Shown: piece by piece, positions 38,001-44,001 of the stretch | Layout: each line of letters starts with the position of its first letter | How positions within the stretch are numbered: the stretch's first letter is position 1 | Origin: a virus | Lineage: Duplodnaviria > Caudoviricetes | IMG/VR virus record: IMGVR_UViG_3300047290_000202 | Location: 1-44,001 of that record | Reading direction: 5' to 3' (one strand) | DNA length: 44,001 nucleotides | The notes under the pieces: model-generated | Told to the model about the DNA's origin: nothing | Seen by the model: only the letters and a program-made list of their open reading frames with translations | The model's database searches: none | Made by a program: the position numbers and the translations under genes

Positions 38001-38713
38001 AGGTTGAAAATGCCCGTGGGCCGCGGTGAAGGTTCGTAGATATATTCCTGACCCGCGATACTGCTGCTCATGGCTTCAAAAGGCATGTTGATACCATCGA
38101 CTGTGGCGGAGTAGGGAATCACGGGCAGGAAGCCCGGCACGAAGTTTATGGAATACTCATCAGTACGCACGCCCAGTATGGTCTGACGATTGCCTGGACG
38201 ACCAATCTTCTGGCTGTTGACCAGACTGGCGTTGACGATGGCGTTCCATTGCTCTTGCCAGTCGGGATTGGTGGGGTCGTTCCAGTTGATCGTGACCCCT
38301 GACAGATTCACGCCCTGATAATCTATTACATTTTCCGTGGTAGAGATGTTGAATGCTTTGAGCAGACCCTGGGCCGCGGCGTTGCGTTTGGCAGTGTAGC
38401 TGACCAAGTTGGCCAGCTGTACCACGCTGTTGCGTCGCTCAGCTGTGCCGATGTAGTTTTCTCGGGTGTTGAGATCATTGCGAAAGGCCAGGCTTTGGCC
38501 CATGAACGCTATGATATCCAGCAGCGCGATAAATTCCGACGACTCTGTGTAGTCATTGAAAGTTTCGGGATAGTACAGGCGCAGATAGTCAATGAAACTC
38601 TTGCGCAGCGTTTCAAAATCATAGCTTTGGAAATCAGCCTCGCGGTAGGTCTGATAGATCTGTTTCCAATCTTCTACGCCAAAAACCGCGGTTTGTCTAG
38701 TGGTCTGTGCCAT
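35000..38713 (-). CDS. gp6: Baseplate wedge subunit, T4 gp6-like
   Basis: SYDFETLR..FIDYL...FNDY.ESS...LLD..A...D....EN....A..R.SV..LA....Y N-terminus and ESIAEIKQRAP..Y.TQNRMV..EDY, the baseplate J/gp6 signature. Confidence 0.88.
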   Translation of the reverse strand: MAQTTRQTAVFGVEDWKQIYQTYREADFQSYDFETLRKSFIDYLRLYYPETFNDYTESSEFIALLDIIAFMGQSLAFRNDLNTRENYIGTAERRNSVVQLANLVSYTAKRNAAAQGLLKAFNISTTENVIDYQGVNLSGVTINWNDPTNPDWQEQWNAIVNASLVNSQKIGRPGNRQTILGVRTDEYSINFVPGFLPVIPYSATVDGINMPFEAMSSSIAGQEYIYEPSPRPTGIFNLMYRNDQLGYASADNGFFFLFKQGVLQNQDFNLAERIANNTTDINIEGVNNEDRWLFQLDNVGTVSREWQYVENIYSAAAEQNQQLRPIYTVTSRTNDQITLVFGDGVFSEIPVGQFRCYVRASNGLQYIINPEEMQNVVLNINYISRNGNVETMTFTCGITKPVANSQTRESIAEIKQRAPARYYTQNRMVNGEDYNLFPFTAYNSILKSKAVNRASIGTSRYLDLVDNTGKYSSTNTFGSDGGMWEQNILPTILFSWTNRNEIADVIANQVQPQLIQPTMRQFYYANFPRENMSTLDLVCSDTTSTGNTITVAAAYQEQFFLYAQVGLKIFFTGGVASTGLIQDLPYFITSTDPVNGTFTVSVAPSGAPQTLTSQVGLTMTANLQVSTYGSTWHQSTTLGAETTGYFENSAGDPISVGLDTDTTFRYAVVGSLIKFVAPTGYYFDANNKLKLGLPNRPEDHTEIWASPMEIVGNGSNGGVGNLANGQGPITINNFVPTGAIVDSIIPIFVGDLPLAIEQAMSEQIILSRDFGLGYANTDITTPQGGTIPAGSWYLITSANLDADAAWSQDYAGDSSGTNQDASWLIQFVYANGQYTITFRGLAYYFGSVLQTRFFFYGAQKIYDSRTGTTIRDFVNVLAVNTRPDSNQPLPGDIPVTIIDQPVESDGYVDDFQVLISYRDSDSDGVPDNPDFFQEIVAPQVDPNNKLIFLESTVDVNNLQRYLLAEPGRVTTDYATLDEIELAKTEWIPGQVFYATTEQAFYELIRTATGELQVNATSNWVARVGRQALYYQYRHNAPLTARIDPGTSNIIDIYVVTKEYYNAYQNWLRDITGTVVEPAQPTISELTTAYQRLEDYKMLSDNIVFNPVTFKPLFGAKAQPTLRGTIKVTPAQGTTASAAEIKSSVLAQMNEYFSIDKWNFGDTFYFSELAAYLHRTLGTIISSVVLVPLDPQKAFGDLYEIRSQPNEIFANGANIDNIEIIDALTSTNLRTAPGSGVI

Positions 38714-38743
38714 CCTGGCCCTTTGCCTTTCGTCCTGATCTTG

Positions 38744-38750
38744 TATTTAT
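38744..38750 (-). promoter_or_regulatory. Late-promoter-like ATAAATA
   Basis: Intergenic between gp25 and gp6, 30 nt upstream of the gp6 ATG. Confidence 0.55.
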
Positions 38751-38771
38751 TTTTTGAAAAAACCAGGGCTT

Positions 38772-39146
38772 TTATACCAAGGAGGCCTGCTGTTGGGATT
38801 GATCAAAAAACAACAATAACTGTTGGGCAGAAGCGTTCTGTCGGGTCTCTAACTGCACTTCAACTAGGATGCCATTGTCCTGGGGATATACGTTGACTTG
38901 GGTCACAGTCAGGCGCGGGTCTTGGCCCGCTACCCTCACTATTTCTTCTTGGATCAGCTGCTGGGTATCGGACACTTGGTTTTCAAACAGCATGCCCCAG
39001 ATTCGGGTTCCCACTGTGGGGCGTCCGGGCACTTCACCCTGTCTGATGTTGAATGCGTTGGCTAGATCACGTTTGATCAATTCAAAATCCGTGAGGGTAA
39101 ATTTCTTATTTTGTCCCTGAGTGTTGAAACCAATGTAGGTAGACAT
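38772..39146 (-). CDS. gp25: Baseplate wedge subunit, gp25/GPW-like
   Basis: LIKRDL.N.F.IRQGE....PT.GT.IW..LFE and DPRL motifs; 124 aa; located upstream of gp6. Confidence 0.9.
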   Translation of the reverse strand: MSTYIGFNTQGQNKKFTLTDFELIKRDLANAFNIRQGEVPGRPTVGTRIWGMLFENQVSDTQQLIQEEIVRVAGQDPRLTVTQVNVYPQDNGILVEVQLETRQNASAQQLLLFFDQSQQQASLV

Positions 39147-39151
39147 GACCG

Positions 39152-39157
39152 TATTTA
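39152..39157 (-). promoter_or_regulatory. Late-promoter-like TAAATA
   Basis: In the 14-nt gap upstream of gp25, 5 nt before the ATG. Confidence 0.55.
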
Positions 39158-39160
39158 CCC

Positions 39161-40690
39161 CTAGGCACCAAGGCCCTCGATTCGAGTCTTGTACTTGGCC
39201 AGCGCGATTTCAAATTTAGGCAGGATAGTTTCCAGGAACTTTACCAGTTTGGGCAGTTCTGTGTACTGCCCGGGTGCCGGAGCATTGTACTTGTCCTCAT
39301 AGGACTCGGCTTGCCTTTTCAGCGACAGAGTTCTGCTCTGAAAAGCTCGGGTATCTGCGTCCAGCTGTTCCAGTGTCTTATAATCATTCATCAGACGCTG
39401 TACATCAGGGTTTTCTGCGTCACGGTTCTCTGCGGCGCCGGATTTGACAAATGTTGTAATCGACGGCCCAAACTTGTTCCATTCTGTGACCAATTTTCTG
39501 ATATCTTCACCTATCTTCATCGCACGATCGACCTGGGCCATCAGGGGATTCGATCCATAGTTGACCTCTGGTATCTTGGCACTGCCGGTTACTCGCGTGA
39601 CAGCAGCATCCACTGTGTCTCTGTTGGCGGTTTCCTCTGAGGCACCGGGCTCGGCGGTCTGGGTCACTGCTTCGTTGGTGGCTTGATTTGCGAAGTTGGT
39701 GGCAAAGTCGGCGGCCCGGGCCACTTGGTCCAGCTGGCTCTTGATCTTGGGCGGCAAAATGCCACCGATGGCCCAGTTAAAGGTGTCCGTGACACTCTTG
39801 GCTGCGTTTAGTGCTGTTCCGGCCAAGGCACCCGGATCAAGTTTGCTGACAGGTATGCCCAGCTCAGCTACCGCATTGAGTCCCGAATTCATCAGAGTCT
39901 GCTGTAGCAAATCCTGTTTGGGCACTGAACTCAATAGGTCATTGATGCCATTGATACCCAATTTGCCAGTGAACACCGCGGGACTGCTCAAGACCGAAGT
40001 CAGGCTGTTGGCGGCGTTGGTCACTAGACTGGCTGTGCCGGGCTTGCAGATGCCCACCTGCTCCAGCTGGGTGGCATCAAATCCAAACTTGCCGGCACCT
40101 ATGTTGCTGAGAGTGGTAGCGGCCTGTCCCACCAGGTTGGTGGCCTGGCTCATGGCTGCACGCACATCTACTTCGCTAAGACCCTGTATAGGCAGTAGTG
40201 AAGTGGCCTGTTTGGCCAGGTTGGCCATGTTTATGGGATTGGTAGGTACAAGATTGGTCACCGACGATGATATACCAGTCAAGGCCTTGCTGGCCACACT
40301 GGTAGCAGAATTGATGGCCGACGGTAAGGCGCTGGCAAACTGTGTGGCCTGTTGCCCCAGGTTGGTAACTGCGCCTTGTATCTGTCCTGCTGCACCCTGT
40401 AGGGCACCTTGCACACCACCGGTCACTGAGGCCAGCGCACCAGTCAAGGCGCCAGATGCGCTGCCTGCTATGTTCTGCACCTGCTGCGCCAGCTGTCCTG
40501 CTGCGCCGGCCACGCCATCCAAGGCCTGGCGTGCGTTGTCCAGCACATCACCGGGTTTGAGTCCCACGAGAGCGCCGGCATTGAGCTGATCTTCAAAGAT
40601 ACGTCGAGCCTGTGCTTCAGTCAGCGTGGGTGGTCCTTCGATCTCAAACCGCTTGCCAGTGAGAGGATTGACAAAAGAAAACGTGCTCAT
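39161..40690 (-). CDS. Hypothetical baseplate-associated Ala/Gly-rich protein
   Basis: Between gp5 and gp25, ATGA-coupled to gp5; long amphipathic Ala/Gly/Gln segment, GKFGF...QLE..G..KPG motif and a charged helical C-terminus. Confidence 0.7.
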   Translation of the reverse strand: MSTFSFVNPLTGKRFEIEGPPTLTEAQARRIFEDQLNAGALVGLKPGDVLDNARQALDGVAGAAGQLAQQVQNIAGSASGALTGALASVTGGVQGALQGAAGQIQGAVTNLGQQATQFASALPSAINSATSVASKALTGISSSVTNLVPTNPINMANLAKQATSLLPIQGLSEVDVRAAMSQATNLVGQAATTLSNIGAGKFGFDATQLEQVGICKPGTASLVTNAANSLTSVLSSPAVFTGKLGINGINDLLSSVPKQDLLQQTLMNSGLNAVAELGIPVSKLDPGALAGTALNAAKSVTDTFNWAIGGILPPKIKSQLDQVARAADFATNFANQATNEAVTQTAEPGASEETANRDTVDAAVTRVTGSAKIPEVNYGSNPLMAQVDRAMKIGEDIRKLVTEWNKFGPSITTFVKSGAAENRDAENPDVQRLMNDYKTLEQLDADTRAFQSRTLSLKRQAESYEDKYNAPAPGQYTELPKLVKFLETILPKFEIALAKYKTRIEGLGA

Positions 40691-42192
40691 AGGGCCTTCA
40701 CTTTCACGCCCGCAGGTATGGGCGGTGTGGCCGGGGGTGTGGCGGGTTGTCCAGGTTCCAGCTCGATCTTGACATCCACGCCTAGGTTGTGATAGGGCCA
40801 GGGTTCATGGGTGGGTGCCCGGTTACATATGGATTCTAGGCTGCCCGGATCTTCCACCCAACCTCGGCTGCTGTTGAACTTGGTGGCATCCAGTTTGTTC
40901 TTGACCAGGGGCGTGGGTGCTGTGACCGCGGGTGCCGCGGGTCCGTTGAGGTCTATGCCACTGGCCGTGAGAGTAAACTGCGACCCTGACTGCCAGGTTG
41001 TGTTAGAACTCTGTATGCCTAGCGTACCATCTGCTTTCACATACAGGGTACCCTTGCTGTAGACTTTGAGATCATTTTGCGCGGTGAGAGCAAAGTTACG
41101 ATCCGCTTCCTGCACGATATCCTGGCGGGCGTGCATCTTGATGTCCCGGCCGGCCCACATGTTGATGTCGCGATCCGCATGCAGGTTGATGTCACCCTGG
41201 GTGCGCACGTTCACTGAGTTGGTACTGAATATGTCCACAGTGCCTTCCACACCCAGTTCGATCCAGGTCTGGCCATTGGCATGTACGATGTAGACAAAAT
41301 TGTCCGTGTCGTTCATCATGATCTGATGGCCCTTGGCCGTGCGCAAGCGGAACAGCTGATTGTCGCCTTCGATGTCGCCGTCATCCATGACCAAGGTGTG
41401 CCCGCCCATGCGTGCGATCACCTGGAGATCCTGGGGTTTGACTTCGCCGGAATTGAGTTTGCTCAGAGCATCTTTGGGCTGCAATCCGCCCTGATAGACC
41501 GCGGTACCCGGGGTAGAAATACCAAAGCAGGCCGACGGGCTTTCTCGCTGGCTGCTACTGCGTATGGGCCCGCGTTCGGTGTCTTTGGCCAGGCCCTGCT
41601 GGAATAGTGCAGCGGCTATCACGCTCTGGATGGGCTTGTCTTGATCAAAGAATCTGCCCGCATTGTCTAGAGTGTTGTTATTGGTGTTGATCTCAGTGAC
41701 CGGCATCAGCTCGGCGTTGTCAAAATAGGCTTCTTGATTGGCGTTGGTTGCGATATAATTGGATTCTGCGCCCACGGCTGGGATCATGTGATTGAGTCCG
41801 TTTTCAGGTACTCCACCGATATAGTAGCCCTTGTTGCGATCACCGTCCACGAACACGCAGATCACGTACATGCCCAGATCCGGGGGTGTGAACCACATGC
41901 CATAACTGTTCTGATTGCCGGGATAGCCGCCCACCGTGGCATCACTGGTTCCCACCGTGGGCGTGACTCCGTAGAAAGGCGGCAGATAACTGACCGTGGT
42001 CCACTTGTTGTCATCGGAATCTTCGGCACCATCACCAAACGCTTCGATGTACACCTGCAACCGGCCGCTGCGGGTGGGGTCTATGTTGTTCATGACCTTG
42101 CCCATGAAAGGACCAAATTCTGCGGGCACTCCGCCGCGGTCCAGTTTATAGTTCTTGGGGCGACCCTGGTCGCGCTCTAGATTTTCTGCCAT
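40687..42192 (-). CDS. gp5: Baseplate hub/spike, gp5/VgrG-like with OB-fold and no lysozyme domain
   Basis: GKV.NN.DP..SGRLQV.I, YGMW..PPDLG..V.C.F..GD...GY..G (Gp5 OB-fold); GH...MDD, RTAKGHQI.M.D; beta-helix repeats. Confidence 0.88.
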   Translation of the reverse strand: MAENLERDQGRPKNYKLDRGGVPAEFGPFMGKVMNNIDPTRSGRLQVYIEAFGDGAEDSDDNKWTTVSYLPPFYGVTPTVGTSDATVGGYPGNQNSYGMWFTPPDLGMYVICVFVDGDRNKGYYIGGVPENGLNHMIPAVGAESNYIATNANQEAYFDNAELMPVTEINTNNNTLDNAGRFFDQDKPIQSVIAAALFQQGLAKDTERGPIRSSSQRESPSACFGISTPGTAVYQGGLQPKDALSKLNSGEVKPQDLQVIARMGGHTLVMDDGDIEGDNQLFRLRTAKGHQIMMNDTDNFVYIVHANGQTWIELGVEGTVDIFSTNSVNVRTQGDINLHADRDINMWAGRDIKMHARQDIVQEADRNFALTAQNDLKVYSKGTLYVKADGTLGIQSSNTTWQSGSQFTLTASGIDLNGPAAPAVTAPTPLVKNKLDATKFNSSRGWVEDPGSLESICNRAPTHEPWPYHNLGVDVKIELEPGQPATPPATPPIPAGVKVKAL

Positions 42193-42193
42193 A

Positions 42194-44001
42194 TCAGTAT
42201 TCTCTTGCCATGGTCTGTGCCTGTCTCAACAGTTGATTTACCTGATTTTGAGCGCCTTGCGCTGAATTCACCAACTGTTGTGCCACGTCGTTGTAACGCG
42301 GGTCGCTGGGCAATATGTTCACTCCATTGAGAGTGAGCGTGCCCGTGGGCACACCCTGGCTCAAGGCGCCCACCACAGTGTTGGTGCCCGCGGTGACCGA
42401 TTCAGCCAGTCCCACGGGCAAGCCATTGCTGGTAGGCAGACCCGCTGGCAAAGCAGGCTGGGGACTGGGATCCTCTGGTTCAGGCTGTACGCTGTTACTG
42501 CTGGGCGGTTGATCGTCCACTTGAGGTTCGGCCACTGGTCCATCTGTACTGGGCAATTGGACGTCGCCGGTGCTGGTAGTCCTTTGATCTGCTGCTGTGG
42601 CCGGTGCGGTGCCGTCAGGCACGCTGGCAGTTGGTGTAGCCGCGTTGTCATCGGTCTTGGCTGGTTTGGTGATGGCGTTGGTTCCGTCAGGTTTGGGATA
42701 CTGATAATAGAAACCTTCCAACTGTTGCTCGAATTTACCCCCACGAAACGTGCTGGTCACTTGTTTGGCATTGTAGACCACGCTCTGTATGGCTTCTCTC
42801 GTGCCGGTCTGTCGTTCTTGGCTGGCATAGGGATCCTGGAGTCCGGTGGCCAAATCGTAGGTGCCGGGGCGCTGCCACACGATCTCAAACATGACCTGGC
42901 CTTCTACGAAATTTATGGTGCCGTCAGGCAGGAACGGTGTACGCACACTGCTTTTGAAACTGAGCACTCCGGTATATTCACCCTGGGGCATCCAAGCCGG
43001 GTCACCTATTATCTTCATGACACATTCACCAGCATTGGTAGCGCCGTACAAATAATCCGCCGCGCTGGCCACCACTTCATTGGCCTTGCCCTCGGCGCCC
43101 TGGGCTGTTTCTCCGCTGCGGGCAGTGCTCTGTGTCTTGACTATGTCTCGCATGGCCCTAATCGCAGTCTGCTGTTGCTTTTGCAAGTCGTTGGTAGTGG
43201 TGCCGGTCAGTTGATGGAAATAGTTTTGATCAAATTCGGCTTCGTACTGCAATACCGCGGTATTCTGTCCAGTAAACCAGTAGGGGTAACTTTTATGAAC
43301 GCCCGGAAATGCGGGAATCTTGAAATAAGGTGAAAATATATCTGCTATGCGATAGGGTTTGATCACAAAGATCATTTCATAGGCATAGTCGTTTCGAGCT
43401 TCGTCATACTCTTTGGGTATGGCGTAGGTCTCGATGTAAAACCAATTGACCCCGTCCTTGTTGGCACCAGGGTTAGGTACCACCTCCTGGGTGGTCTCAT
43501 CTATCTTGACGCTGGCTTGATTGGCGATATATTCGCTCTGGCGTATGATCAATTCGATCTGTTGGTAGAGTTGGGTTCCTGCCGTGATGCTGTAGATGCG
43601 AGTGGTAGGATCCATCTTCTGCTTGTCTGGGCTGGCATTCTGCGTATTTTGTGACGTTGAAGTGCCCATATTGACCCTGCTCTTGTTGGCGCTGCCAGCC
43701 TTGGTTATTCTTGAATCTCTGATGGCTTCTGCGCCTTGCGCGAACACCAACTTGTAGGTGTCCGCAAATTTGAACTTTTGGTCTTTGGCATTTTTGGCTG
43801 CGATCTCGTTCATGACACTCATCAGGCCGCCCCGAGCTCCAGATGTAAGGCTTTTGGCTGCGGTCGCTTTGGGTGGTGCTGCACCCTGCAATCCTGTGCG
43901 ATCATACTGCTGTCCAGTTTCTGGATTGATGGCGATTGAGCTTTCTGCTCCAGTATCGTCCAGTATGGGTACACCCACCGCGTAGCCATCAGCATTGGTT
44001 C
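42194..44001 (-). CDS. Putative baseplate hub/tail protein (gp27 or late-control-D-like), 5'-truncated by the window
   Basis: The frame stays open to the window end (TNADGYAVGVP...). K.Y.Y.FTGQNT.VL, MKIIGDP.W and Y....V.S.F.GGKFEQ.L motifs; directly upstream of gp5; Pro/Thr-rich C-terminal tail. Confidence 0.6.
   Translation of the reverse strand, partial: TNADGYAVGVPILDDTGAESSIAINPETGQQYDRTGLQGAAPPKATAAKSLTSGARGGLMSVMNEIAAKNAKDQKFKFADTYKLVFAQGAEAIRDSRITKAGSANKSRVNMGTSTSQNTQNASPDKQKMDPTTRIYSITAGTQLYQQIELIIRQSEYIANQASVKIDETTQEVVPNPGANKDGVNWFYIETYAIPKEYDEARNDYAYEMIFVIKPYRIADIFSPYFKIPAFPGVHKSYPYWFTGQNTAVLQYEAEFDQNYFHQLTGTTTNDLQKQQQTAIRAMRDIVKTQSTARSGETAQGAEGKANEVVASAADYLYGATNAGECVMKIIGDPAWMPQGEYTGVLSFKSSVRTPFLPDGTINFVEGQVMFEIVWQRPGTYDLATGLQDPYASQERQTGTREAIQSVVYNAKQVTSTFRGGKFEQQLEGFYYQYPKPDGTNAITKPAKTDDNAATPTASVPDGTAPATAADQRTTSTGDVQLPSTDGPVAEPQVDDQPPSSNSVQPEPEDPSPQPALPAGLPTSNGLPVGLAESVTAGTNTVVGALSQGVPTGTLTLNGVNILPSDPRYNDVAQQLVNSAQGAQNQVNQLLRQAQTMAREY

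Noticed and set aside
38750-38775. Possible intrinsic terminator after gp25
   Set aside because: A T-run is present but there is no convincing GC-rich stem; the A/T tract more likely belongs to the adjacent late promoter.
1-44001. Stop-codon reassignment, as seen in some jumbo phages
   Set aside because: The standard code gives near-complete coding density including a 14.9-kb ORF, and TAA, TAG and TGA all end genes at coupled junctions or short gaps.
35000-44001. Bacterial T6SS, eCIS or tailocin locus instead of a phage
   Set aside because: T4-type late promoter motifs, a T4-like gp6, the giant wedge protein and the small-gene array fit a lytic myovirus; no Tss membrane complex or Afp-type ATPase genes are seen.

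Overview
The window is a 44-kb, densely coded segment of a large T4-like (myovirus, probably jumbo) bacteriophage genome, with every credible gene on the minus strand and most genes coupled by ATGA/GTGA overlaps. Reading in transcription direction (right to left) there are two modules. (1) 44001-16619 is a contractile-tail and baseplate module: a partial hub/tail protein, gp5/VgrG-like spike, an Ala/Gly-rich protein, gp25, gp6, a 4957-aa baseplate/fibre protein, a missed 51-aa gene, a conserved 201-aa protein, a tail fibre with a C-terminal autocleaving chaperone and a Thr/Ala/Gly-rich virion protein. Four TAAATA/TATAAATA late-promoter motifs sit in its intergenic gaps. (2) 16579-1 is a 16.6-kb modification locus behind its own sigma70-type, apparently leaderless promoter overlapped by a palindrome. 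It holds three GT-A-like glycosyltransferases, three GT10-like glycosyltransferases, five radical SAM enzymes with N-terminal Cys-rich domains, a sulfotransferase, an APS-kinase/HxGH-nucleotidyltransferase fusion and a DHH/DHHA1 phosphoesterase. An array of five small paralogous genes is embedded in it, whose L[RK]W C-terminal codons double as the RBS and start of the next gene, and there is a 30-aa orphaned radical SAM N-terminus that looks like a recombination scar. All calls come from motif reading by eye; no database search was run. No tRNA, rRNA, CRISPR array or mobile element could be supported.
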